From the NCBI RefSeq assembly GCF_037042905.1, contig NC_087251.1:10852001-10916000 (forward strand): DNA of 64,000 nt. The letters run 5' to 3'. The notes below the pieces were generated by a model. It did no database searches. It saw nothing but the letters and a program-made list of their open reading frames with translations, and was not told the origin of the DNA. The DNA comes from Lytechinus pictus. Its lineage: Eukaryota. Positions 11,491-23,665 of this stretch are shown piece by piece. The translations under genes were made by a program, and so were the position numbers. How positions within the stretch are numbered: the stretch's first letter is position 1; the number at the start of each line of letters is the position of its first letter.

Positions 11491-13497
11491 GGTTTACTGA
11501 CGGATGGTCTAATATCACTTGGTCTAATCATCAGATGGGCTAACAACATTCGGGCTAAACCCACTTAGTCCAATTCTCTTTTGGTCTAATGACCACTTGT
11601 TCTAATAGCCATTTAGTTTAATGACCACTTGGTCTAATCCTCACTTGATCCATTATTCAGTTGGTCTAATGTGCAGTTGGTCTAATTTCCATTTCGGCTA
11701 ATTTTCACTTGGTCTAATTTTCACTTCGGCTAATTTTCACTTGGTCTAATTTCCAGATAGTCTAACATTCATTTCGTCTACATACCACTTGGTCTAATTT
11801 GTAAAGTTTGCATGGTGACTTGTTTTCAATTTTCTGGTAAAATTTACTTTATATGAAAGTTACTTTCCGCGCGCCGGCTTCGAATCTTCACACGCGCGCC
11901 CCTCGATATTGGAGTACAGTTAGAGTGACTATATTTCCATGCCCAAATTTTGAAAAATATGGGCATTTTCAAAAGGGATGAAAAAAATTATTTGGGGATC
12001 AAACAAACTGGAGATTTTTTGTCTGTTTCAGGGGATTTTTAAAGGTTTTGGGGAAAAACAATAAATTTTGCTATTTTTCTGTAAAATGATGCTATTATAC
12101 GATCATATCTATGTATATGATCTACTGTATATAGTTAATTAACGGCTGGCTTACCCAATCGGGGTTCCCACACTGCAAAAACTCCGGTGTTGATTTAGCA
12201 CCATCCTGGAATCTATATATGTCCACACCAGAGAAGTGTTAAACAACACCAGTTTGGTTTTGGTCTAACACCAGATAGGTGTTTATACAACACCAATTGG
12301 TATTAAAACAGCATCAATTTGATTCCAAACTGGTGTTGTTTCAATACCTCTCTGGTATGGAGTCTGTGGACATATATAGATTCCGGTCTGGTGTTAAATC
12401 AACACCGGAGTTTTTGCAGTGCAGCTTTTCAAGAAAACAAAAAATCCCACGATTTTTCTCTGAAGAAGTAAAAAAAAATTCCCTGATAATTATTTAAACC
12501 CATTCCCAGTTTCTCATGTTTTCTAAGTAGTTGCATTGAATTACATGTATTATTATTTTTTATATACATGAAGACCTATTATTATTTTTAATTATATGTA
12601 CCAGTAGGCCTACTTGTACTGGAGTAAAATGAGGCTACACAAAAAAAAATGTGCATGCGGTGATGTTATGATTGTGAGTATGATATAATTTTCATCATCT
12701 ATATAATCGATATGTAGGCCTAATTATAAGAATTGTATTTGATTAGAAAAATTCATTTGATAGTGACTATCTCATCGATAGTCCTTCACGGTGAGGTTTT
12801 GCGCCCACCAGCTCTACCCCGGCTCTACCCCTCCAGATCCTAGGACATGTATTAACTGATGCTTGGTATTGGCCACTACGTACCATATTTTTAAATTCTA
12901 GATCAAATAAATAATAATGAATGATGTTGTGTTAAAATAAATGGACATTAGACCAAGTGTGAATTTCATGTAGACCAAATGATAATTAGACCAAGTGACG
13001 ATTAGCCCAACTGAGTATTATACCAAGTGGTCACTAGACGGTTTGGCTATTAGACCAAGTGGTCGTTAGACCAATTGGATATTAGACCAAGTGGAAACTA
13101 GACTAAATTGATATTAGACCAAACGGTCATTAGACTATGTGACAATAAGACGAAATGAAAATCATACCAAGTGGAAATTAGCCAAAGTGGAAATTAGACC
13201 AAGTGTTGTAAGACCAACTGGAAATTAGACTAAATGATTTTAGCCCAACTGCTCATTAGACTAATTGGATATTAGACTAAGTGGGAATTAGACGAATTGG
13301 ATATTAGACCAAGTGAAAATTAGCCCAACTGGTCATTAGCCCAAATGGAAATTAGACGAATTGGATATTAGACCAAGTGGGAATTAGACGAATTGGATAT
13401 TAGACGAACTGGTTGTAGACGAAATGAGTTTAGACTATGTGAAATTGGACGAACTGATAAGTAGACCAAGTGGTATTAGACCATCCGATAATTCACC
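11491..13497. mobile_element. Foldback-type non-autonomous DNA transposon with inverted arrays of ~20-bp subterminal repeats
   Basis: Left arm 11500-11800 repeats cacttggtctaat, and right arm 12945-13490 repeats attagaccaagtg. TIR cggatggtctaat / attagaccatccg. Flanks gtagaatg / atagaatg form a near-TSD. An older relative lies at ~8085-8460. Confidence 0.8.
12171..12421. mobile_element. Palindromic CMC/EnSpm-type MITE nested in the foldback element
   Basis: TIRs cactgcaaaaactccggtgttgattta / taaatcaacaccggagtttttgcagtg. 2-bp CA duplication on both flanks. Confidence 0.75.
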
Positions 13498-14433
13498 ATA
13501 GAATGTACCATTCATGTGCAAAATGAAAACGCTACAAACGTAGAGCTCTGCAGGCTTACTGATTCCCTTGTTCAATCGGCAAAGATATTTGTTCGCAAGA
13601 TGCCCTTGAAGATCTGGGACACGGGCTTGTTCCGTTCAAGTATTTACCAATGAGAGCACTACATAAAATGGCAAAATACATCTATCAAAACCACTTTTTT
13701 TTTCATTTCATACTCTTCACAACGTAACAACTTTTGGACAAATCTATTACAAAATTCAATTTTGGGTGTAAAAATGTGGAACTTTTTGCTTGCTCGCTCG
13801 CAACTTTTTCACGATACAGCATGTCTGATCCCTCAAAATGTTCAGACCATTACATTACACCACTGCATTGTACCACCAATCTGCGCTACTGAGCGCGAAA
13901 ATTCACTTCGTCAATATTGAAAGAAAACGGGTTAAATTCATTTAGTTAACAAAACTTTACCAGCGGTCAAGATGATATGTGTTTGGACTGTAGATCTCAA
14001 GGTTCGGAGATCGATTCCCCTTTGGCCTTTGGGCACATCTACATTTATCACGCTCGACCCAGGTGCGGTATAAATCAGTGTTTTAGCTGTCCATATGTTG
14101 CTATCGACAAGCGAAAACGGGCCGGTATGAAATATGAACATTAAAATGGAATAATTGCTTGTCTAAATTCTTTTCTAAGTATACCCGGGTCTTCGTTATT
14201 GTGATTGTTTAGAGTTCTAAAGAAAGATGACTTGACTTTATTCTTCATATATACCGGTTTGTATACTCTTTTGAAAATCCATGACATTGATATTCCGTTT
14301 GTTAGATTCAGTTGAGCAAAAGCTCAATTCTATGTGTAATAATTTTTTTTTTAAACAAGTGCACACCAAGTTATCAATAATGCATATAGCATTTCCATTT
14401 ATTTGAAAGCAAGATAAAAGAGCATTGTACATT

Positions 14434-14508
14434 AAATGCTTTTCTCACGGGCATAGGTGCCGCGGCCGGGGATCGAACCCAGGCGCCTTAGACCACTCGG
14501 CCACGGCA
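14434..14508 (-). mobile_element. tRNA-derived SINE head fragment
   Basis: Minus strand has A box tggccgagtgg and B box ggttcgatccc, lacks an anticodon arm, and continues into non-tRNA sequence. Confidence 0.65.
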
Positions 14509-14514
14509 CATAAT

Positions 14515-17500
14515 TTTTTTTTGTTTTGAATAATATTTTATTTTCTTCCTCTTTCAAATCAATAAGTTTACAATCACAATTCATATAAATACAGATTCTT
14601 TGTATGTATACAATCAATAAACAATCAAACAAATAAATATATCAATATCAATGGATTACGAATATTTTTAAAATGATTACAAATGAAATTAAACTGCAAA
14701 ATTTCTCTTCTATAACAATGTGAAAGCAGAGGGGAAAAACCCATATCAATCGACAAAAAAAAATGACTTTTTCCCTGAATAGAATAGAAATAGTCTCTTT
14801 TGCACATATTAATTTTACAAGAAATAAAAAAGGATAAAATATTATTTTAAAGGTTAATTAGAGGAAGGTTATCCTAAAACGTCCCTACACACTCACCTTA
14901 CCCCCATACCCCCTCCCCCCTCATCTCTCTCCCCAGACACTCACACAAGCTCACTTCAACTCACCACTACTCACAGCTCCCCCCCCCCCCCCCTCTTCCC
15001 CGTCACAAAACTCACACATCCATCTACACACGTACACCCACACACAATGCATCCTGCTCCGGTACAACTATCTGTATTTGAACAAATAAACAAAACAGAA
15101 ACAAAATGAAGCAACCAATACATCCATAGTATTAAGAAAGGTATGCATTGATTTGTTCCCATTTCCTTAAGTGCACCCCCAGCTTCCCCTTTTTAAACGC
15201 TATTTGATATTCCGTATCTCTATACTCTTTAACCAAAATATGTGTCACTTTCTGTACGGTTGGCAATATTCCCTGTTTTCTTGAACTAAAAATGATATAC
15301 TTAATTAAGAATATAATACAGTTTATTAAAGCTACTCTTGTAGTATTTCCAGATATCCCCATGAAAATTGTTTTCCAAACGTCACTGCCAAGTTCATTCA
15401 GTTGAAATATTTTACTCATCTCTTTCCATAATCGCTTAACTTCAGGAAAATAAAAAAATAAATGTTGGTAAGACTCAACTTCTTTTTTACAAAAGCAACA
15501 GAAATTACCTGTCTCAAAACCGAATTTAAAAAGTTTCCTTTTTGTGTACACAGCCCCTTGTAATTGTTTGTATTGAAATTCTCTGTGTTTATTGCATAGC
15601 ATTGCACATTTCAGTCTCAAAAATACTTCTTTCAGTTCCCCCATTCCCAAATCATATTCGGATTGCCCATCTGTAACATGAAATACATAATCAATTTGAA
15701 AATTTTCAATGAAGTGGTCATATATTCGTCTAGATTTTATATCACATAATTTCTGAACATGCCCACATATCATCAATTGAATTTCAAAGTTGTCTGTATC
15801 CATTTCCATAAAATCATTTTGTATCCACTCTTCTGTTATTACTGAAAATATCTTTTGAATTTTGAGCAAGTTTTCAGATGAAAATGTCAGATTATACCAG
15901 TATGAAACTGGTCTTAATTTACCTCCAACTATTATATCCGAGACCTTAACTATACTTTTCTGAAATAATTCAATATAAAAAAAGGTCTTATTATTAAGGC
16001 ATAGACGCTTGTTATTAAAAATAATGGGATTACTTTTCCCTCCAAAATGTCTACACTTATCCAATTCGTGCCATGCCTTCAGCATATCTATGTAAAATAA
16101 TGGTATACCTTTTAAATTCATTCTACTCGTATCATAATCACACAGAAATATGATTCGACCACCTATAGAGCTAAAAAAATATTCGAAGGTTGCTTTCCAA
16201 CCCGAACTTTTCCCTCCATCTAGCAAACGTTTAATCCACATTATTCGTTGGGTCTTAACAAAGACCTCAAAATTTGGAGCTCTCAGTCCTCCAACAGAAT
16301 AGTCTTGATATAGAACCTTGCGTTTTATTCTATCTCTTCCTCCCCAAATAAAATTAAAAGAAATTCTTTCTATTTCCTTAAAAACGTCTTTTGGGACTGT
16401 CATCAGGGAAGAAACATAATTTAATTTTGAAAATGCATACATTTTCAAAAGTTTTATTTTACCATACATCGTAAGATCTCTCTGCTTCCACCAACCAATA
16501 AGTCTTTTAATTTTACTCAAGATTTCCTTATAGTTCAAGTCATCTTTGACTTTACAATCCCGTGCGAAATATACCCCTAAGATTTTAATATGTTGTAACC
16601 AATGTCCAAGAAGTGGTAAACCAGGTCTATCTCTTTCTTCTCCCAACCATAAAAAGTTTGTTTTATCCATATTAATCTTCAATCCACTTACATTTTCAAA
16701 ATCTGAGAATATTTTCTTTACTCTATGGATCGAGTTCATATCTTTTAAAAACAATGTAATGTCGTCTGCATACAGAACTTGTTTTATTTCCCGTTTCCCA
16801 AATCCTATCCCTTTAATATTAACATCTCTCCTAATATAATGAGCTAATAATTCAATCGCTATGATAAATAAATATGGAGAGAGTGGATCCCCCTTCCTTA
16901 CTCCTCTATTAACTTCAAAATATCCCGTAGAATGCCCCCCGTTCAACACGCAACTACTAACATTACAATAAAGAGTTTTGACCCAAGAACACAGATTTTT
17001 CCCAAACCCGAAATGTTCTAAAGTTTTGAATAAAAGTTTATGAGAGATAAAATCGAATGCCTTTTCAAAATCCACTGCAATTAAAAAACCTAAGGGTTGA
17101 TACAAAGACTGAAAAAACATATCATCAATTAACCGAACTGCTTCCCCAATATTACGATCTTTGACATAATCCACTTGATCACAATGAATAATATCTCCCA
17201 AGACCTCTTTCACCCTTGTCGCTAACACTTTTGACAAAATTTTATAATCTACATTCAAAAGAGTTATCGGCCTATAGTTTTTCATGTGCAAAGGATTTTT
17301 GCCTTTCTTTTTCAATTAGAGTAATTACCCCCTGTCTCTGCGAATTTGACAACATTTTAACTTCAAAACTCTCATTGAAAGCTTCAACTATGATTTTCCC
17401 TAAAAGTGGCCAAAATGTAAAGTAAAACTCTGCGGTAAAACCATCATTGCCAGGCGATTTATTCCATTTCATTTCCTTTAAAGCCTGAAAACATTCTTCA

Positions 17501-18675
17501 TGTGTTATCGGATATTCACAAAACTCTCTATTTTCTTTACTCAATTTGGGTAAATCACTAAAAAACATGTTTTCAATATCATCATTAGTTTCAAGATTTT
17601 TAAATGCATATAAATTTTTATAAAACTCCCGAATGATTTTTATAATACCTTTGCAATCTCGCACCGTTTCCTCATTTTTATTATAAATCTCCTTAATCGC
17701 ACTTCTCCTTTTATTGGATTTAAGTAATTGTTCAAAGAACTGTGAATTTCTTTCTCCTTCCTCAGACCATTGGGCTCTTGAACGGACCTTTAGACCTTGA
17801 CGAGAATAGTCGAAAAGTTTATCTAGTTCCTCTTTTTTTAATTCAATTTCGTTTTGGATATCAATATGAAAAGTGATCGTCAAGCGATATTCTAAATCTT
17901 TAATTTCTTTTTGTAATTTTTCAATGTGAATTTTTCTGAGTTTTGCTCTTTCACGGGAAAATGCCATTATATATTCTTTTAACTTCGTTTTCATAAATTC
18001 CCAAAATTTAAACTTGCTTGTTATTTGGTCCCGCCATATTCTTTCTATTTCAGAAATCTTCATCTTTACCCCGTCTACAAAATCTTTATCAGAGCATAAA
18101 CTGCTGTTAAACTTCCAGTACGATCTCCCATATGCAAAACTTTCGACTAAATTATCAAACTCGACCTGAACTCCAGCATGATCAGGAGTGATTGAGGGTA
18201 AAATGTTTGAACTTTTCACGTCTTTTTCTAATTTCGAGGAGATAAAAATATAATCCAGTCTGCTCTGAACGAAGGGATTATTTTGTTTGAAGGTAAATTC
18301 TTTTTTGTTAGGATGCCGCTTCCGCCACACATCAATTAGATTTAGCCTATCAAGAATATCCACCAATGAATCTTTATATCTATTTTTCGAAATATTACTT
18401 CCACCCATGTAGTCTAAGTTTCGATTCATAGCAATATTAAAATCTCCTCCAACAATAAGAGAATATTCTTGACTAACTACAGAAGATAAAATTTTGTCTA
18501 AATCAGACAGAAAATTACATTGTGAGTTTTCTTTATTCCCTGTGGGAAAATATACACTGCCCAATATAATCTTTTCACCTTGACACTTTCCTTTAATTAT
18601 AACATATCGTCCTTCTTTATCAATGATAATTTTTTCTTTGAGAAAATCAACCTTTGATTTGAACATAATAAACAA
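14515..18675 (-). mobile_element. 5'-truncated L1/Tx1-clade LINE (endonuclease, RT, 3' UTR, poly-A)
   Basis: Poly-T at 14514-14522 and tttatt (AATAAA on minus) at ~14537. ORFs 17272-18675 and 15132-17315. Possible TSD acataat at 14508-14514 and 18663-18669 (uncertain). Confidence 0.9.
15132..18675 (-). pseudogene. L1/Tx1 ORF2 split by one +1 frameshift at ~17310
   Basis: APE endonuclease motifs GGDFN, SRLDYIF and PDH. RT motifs KSPGNDG, NYRPITLLN, DFEKAFD, GVRKGDPLS and YADD. Terminal CxxC...H knuckle has lost its last Cys. Confidence 0.9.
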
Positions 18676-20944
18676 ATAGGCCTGTATATTGCGCCATCTA
18701 CTGTATCTAGAAATAATCTATTCCGAGGCGCGTTGTTATTATTACCCCGGTTTTAGCTCGAGCTGCCTTTCAGCGCTCAGTGCATTTCAATTAATTAATC
18801 CTGCTGGGTACCCGGTCACCTCACTTGGGTTGAGTGAGTGCAGCACAATGTAGGTAAATGTCTTGCTGAAGCAGAACACGCCCTGGTAGTCGATTTGACA
18901 GTCCCATAGGCTCAATACACCAACCTAGAACAAATTCAGCTTGGTTGCCCAAAGTTGCCGTTTGGGCAATTTTGCTAATTTGCATAAATCCAAAATGGCC
19001 GCCACATGCCATCTTGAACACCTAACTTTTAAACCCCTTGCCCCAAAATGATGAGGAATAACTCCTTTTAGGGGGTTGGGTTGTGTAGAATCCATTTCTA
19101 TTATTACTTTTGCAATGTTAGGTCATCTTCAGGTCAAATCCAAGATGGCCGCCAGATGCCATCTTGAAAAATTGAATTTGAACCCCTTGCCCCATAATGA
19201 TGTGTAATACCTTTGTTTTGGGGTTTTAGGATGTGTAGAGTCTTTTTCTGACATAATTTTGCAATAAAGGATAATCTTAAGATCAAATCCAAGATGGCCG
19301 CCAAACGCCATATTAAAAAAATACTTCCCGAGACTTTTGAACCTTGAGGAACTACTCTCCCAAAAAGCGTACACGTTGTCATATGAAGAGGGTTCCTATT
19401 ATGTGAAGGAGCTCATGCAAGGGTATTTTAGTAAGAATGATTCGTTTCTTTTAATTTCTCCATTTTCAGTGGTCACGTCAGGTCTCAGATGGTCAGATGG
19501 TTAATATTTCGTCGTTAATCGCCCACCTTAAAATGAATCCATTCAAGGTTTGGGCTATGACCTATGTCGGGAGTTGTCCTCATGTTTTTATGTGAAGCCA
19601 TTTTTTGAAGCCACACTTTTCTAGTGAAAGGACTTTAAAGTATTATTTTTTAATTAAAAAGTGATTTCTCTCCGTATTTTTCAGAAAATGGGTTAACTTA
19701 TTACTTCCCTTAATAATTATTATTTGACTTTTCGTCCTGACAAAAGCCCTTGACTTGATCAGCACGAGTGCTCTTTTTAGTCTCCTGTAGAAGATAGGCT
19801 CCCCAAGACTGATCCATGGTCATATCATTCCATGGGCACTGTTTGCTACAATGATGGAACATCTGGTAGCAGTGGCGTAACTACGGGGGGGCATGGGGGG
19901 CACGTGCCCCCCAATCGGCTGACCAAAAAAAAAAAAAAAAACGGGGAAAAGGAGAAAAAGAGGGAGAAAGGAAGAGAAACGTAGTGGGGAAAAATACATT
20001 ATTGTTCATTAAAATGTTATATTATATCATAATAATATGTTATGTTATATTACATAAGAAACATTTTTCATAACTTTATGAAACATAATTTGCTCAGGGC
20101 CTATGTTTTCATTGCTCATGATGCTCGCATTGTCTGTTTACCGAGATATATAACCCTGTTATACTAAAACCTCCCGTTTTCAAGTCAATATATACCAAAC
20201 TGCCAAATATATTTCCTCGCACTTCGAGTTATTGTTTTATGTACAATAGCATGCTGCTTTTTCATGACTACTTAAAGTGATTGCCCCATTTTAAGGTCTT
20301 AATATAAAACATTTCCTGTCCGTGCTTACGTTAGCAGTAGCGGATTGGTGAAATATGTCTGCTCTCCATGAATTCCTAGAATCAGTCCTTAAAATGTTCC
20401 TTTTTCTGATCTGAATATCAAAAATTTTCAGCTCGCGCTTCGCGCTCGCACCGTTTGGTTAGTGAACTATGTATGGTCTTCGTGAATTCCTACAAACAAG
20501 CCTTAAAATGCCCCTCTTCAGGTCTGAATTTCCTAAATTTTCAGCTCGCGCTTCGCGCTCGCAAGATTTGATTAGTGAGAGTGGTATGTTAATCATGATT
20601 ACAAGTGCTTTATGTGCATATGTTTAGATGTAATTCTAACAAAATCAGCAAGCGCTTATTGGCACTCGCATTAGATGACTATGGTGAGATGTGTATACTC
20701 TTAATGGATTACTAAAATATAGTCCTTAAAATCTTCCTGTCTGGGGTCAATATTTACAAAAATTTCAGCTCGCCCTTCGCGCTCGCATTATTTAGCGAGA
20801 CAGGTACGTATCATGATTACAAAATAATTTTATAATGTCCTTTTTTAGGTCTGAATATCACAAATTTTAAGCTCGCGCGAATTATTTGACCAGTGAGATA
20901 CATATCCGTTTAATGGCACTGTCCTTAAAATGTCTCTATTATTA

Positions 20945-21391
20945 CCGTGTTTACACTTAATCGGCATTTGAATCGGCTCGCGGTTCTGAACCGCGAGCCG
21001 ATGCAGCATCGGCTTTTTCATAGCGTGTAAACGCGAGTAACTTGAATCGGCTCGCGGTTCAGAACCGGCAATTTGCACCACCAAAGTAGTAGGTTCTGAA
21101 CCGCGAGCCGATGCAGAATCGGCTTTTTTACTACGTGTAAACAGAAAGCCGATTCTGCACCGGCAATTTGTGCGCATTTCAATTACTTTACCATTGTGAC
21201 GTAATTGTTAGCGCACTGATCCAGCGTTGTCTTTATTATGACGTATATTGTAGGTATGCGTATCATTTCAAGTTTTTGCATCGGCTCGCGGTTCTGAACC
21301 GTGAGCTGTAACAACGTGTAAACGCAATCCAAATGCCGATTCTGCATCGGCAATTGGTTCAGAACCAATTGCCGATTAAGTGTAAACACGG
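20945..21391. mobile_element. Tc1/mariner-type MITE, copy 1
   Basis: TIR ccgtgtttacacttaatcggca, TA on both flanks. Confidence 0.85.
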
Positions 21392-21442
21392 TATTAGGTC
21401 AGTATACCTGGCAACTGGGCGCGCTTGGCGCGCTCACTAATA

Positions 21443-21889
21443 CCGTGTTTACACTTAATCGGCATTTGGTTCTGAACCAATTGCCGATGCAGAATCGGCA
21501 TTTGGATTGCGTTTACACGTTGTTACTGCTCGCGGTTCAGAACCGCGAGCCGATGCAAACACCTAAAATGATACGCATACCAACAATATACGTCATAATA
21601 AAGACAACGCTGGATCAGTGCGCTTACAATTACGTCACAATGGTAAAGTAAATGAAATGCGCACAAATTGCCGGTGCAGAATCGGCTTTCTGTTTACACG
21701 TAGTAAAAAAGCCGATTCTGCATCGGCTCGCGGTTCAGAACCTACTACTTTGGTGGTGCAAATTGCCGGTTCTGAACCGCGAGCCGATTCAAGTTGCTCG
21801 CGTTTACACGCTATGAAAAAGCCGATGCTGAATCGGCTCGCGGTTTAGAACCGCGAGCCGATTCAAATGCCGATTAAGTGTAAACACGG
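21443..21889. mobile_element. Tc1/mariner-type MITE, copy 2 (inverted relative to copy 1)
   Basis: Same TIR and TA flanks. Near reverse complement of 20945-21391. Confidence 0.85.
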
Positions 21890-23259
21890 TATAAGTGACT
21901 CAAATTTTTTGCTGGTGCCCCCCCCAATGCCGTGACCCACGGTACGCCACTGTCTGGTAGCTTCCCTCAGTGTTAGCAGTGGCGTGAAGCAGTTAGGCTG
22001 CGCCTGGCCCTGACACTCGTTGGGATCCATTCTTATCCATGCTTCCCCAGGATCTGCATTTGGCTAATGCACAGAATGTACCAGAGCAGATGGGAAACTT
22101 TTCAACATCGACCGGCTGCGTGCCAAAACAATGGTCACGATGGTTCTCATTCGTGAGATGTTGTACGGCAACGACGTCGCCCCTGTCTTTCATAAAGAAG
22201 CGGGAGTAGGCCTACAAGACCTATACAGCCACCTGTCCTGTGCATGTAAGGAGTTTGGATCACTCATTAGCCTGTAAGACAGAAATCCTGATCGACTCAA
22301 GAGACTGACCGTCCTCCAGATATCTCTATCAACAGCACACACTAGACTCTGCGGTGGACTCCTCACCTACCTTGGATTGACTTTCTGTCTCTAGTTCCCT
22401 TTCACTGGACAAGGAGATAACCACCAGGAGAGGAAAATCTGCCACAGCCATGCAAGCTCCTGAATGGAAATAAGTCCTGGAAAACGTACGCCGATCACGA
22501 AAAGCGGCTAAACACCTTCCATGTCAGCTGCCTCGGACGTTTCCTGCACAATAAATGGCAGGACAGAGTGAAAAATATAAGGCCCATCAGCGTACGTGCA
22601 TGCTGGCATCCCCAGCTTAAAATCTCGCTCCTTGGTAAAAGATGCCTCAAGTGGTTGGAGCATGCTGGAGTTGGGGGTATGTTCGCTGCATGAAACTTTG
22701 GCAAATCCTGGAAGGGATTCGCCAATGTAAGGTGAGATGTGTCATTGGTTCCCAGATTGATCACATCTCCGTTATAAACACACATGCAAACGTAACATAA
22801 AAGTTGACGGCATAAACACTAGATGTTGATGATAGTCGCCACAAGGAGAGCTAGTAAGTACATGGGTCAAGACGTCAGAAAATAATCGGAATGCTACATT
22901 GGCAGACCAAAGACCAAGGAGGAAGGCAAGGGCAGCATCTCTATCTGAACCTGTCTCAGCGCCATCCTCCTTCAACTGTACAAATTTTCTTTAGAGACTG
23001 CCACTCTAGAACAGAGCTCTACAGCCACCCTCTAAACATGCTAAAATGTAATACCTAGCGCGCTACATCATCGTCCTTTGAGACGAACTGATGCCTACCT
23101 ATCATTGGACACTTTGATTTAGGAACGATATGGAGAAAACACTTCAAATTCAAGTAAGACTTTAAAGCCTCTTCAGTTCAAAAGTATGGACGGACATGAA
23201 ATAAATAAAAATACATGCGAAATTGATCATAGCGCAAACCTACAGAGGATTCATATTTA

Positions 23260-23665
23260 CCGTGTTTACACTTGATCAGCTTTTGGTTCAGAACCAAAAG
23301 CCGATGCAGAATCGGCTTTTTGTTTGCGTTTACACGTTGTTACAGCTCGCGGTTCAGAACCGTGAGCCGATGCAAAAACCTGAAATGATACGCACACCAA
23401 TGCAACAATATACGTCATAATAAAGACAACGCTGGATCAGTGCGCTTACAATTACGTCATAATGGTAAAATAAATGAAATGCGCACAAATTGCCGATGCA
23501 GAATCGGCTTTCTGTTAACACGTAGTAAAAAAGCCGATTCTGTATCGGCTCGCGGTTCAGAACCTACTACTTTGGTGGTGCAAATTGCCGGTTCTGAACC
23601 GCGAGCCGATGCAAGTTAATCGCGTTTACACGCTATGAAAAAGCCGATGCTGCATCGGCTCGCGG
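23260..23665. mobile_element. Tc1/mariner-type MITE, copy 3 (right end truncated)
   Basis: ta|ccgtgtttacacttga start, colinear with copy 2. Confidence 0.8.

Larger units (their letters stand above)
19870..21952. mobile_element. Non-autonomous hAT element, 8-bp TSD
   Basis: Termini cagtggcgta / tacgccactg. TSD tctggtag at 19862-19869 and 21953-21960. Repeated aaattttcagctcgcgcttcgcgctcgca motifs. Sister copy at 46798-48073. Confidence 0.9.
19735..23100 (+). mobile_element. Decayed RTE-clade LINE (RT to 3' end), interrupted by a hAT element
   Basis: Conceptual fragments: LTKALDLIS (19738), SGVKQ (21978), TRADGKLFNIDRLRAKT (22078), WKTYADHEKRLNTFHVSCL (22478). Many stops and frameshifts. Confidence 0.8.

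Noticed and set aside
14434..14508. tRNA gene (also considered at 24446-24510 and 54974-55040)
   Set aside because: A/B boxes are present but there is no complete cloverleaf and the sequence continues into SINE body, so these are called SINE heads.
18688..18704. CTCF-like motif (cagtagatggcgc on minus; similar at 5267-5281)
   Set aside because: Single imperfect matches at transposon junctions. Not supportable without binding data.
20845..21848. Duplicated small ORFs (MRTNCRCR..., MFTLNR...) resembling a gene family or toxin-antitoxin pair
   Set aside because: They are translations of inverted copies of the same non-coding MITE.
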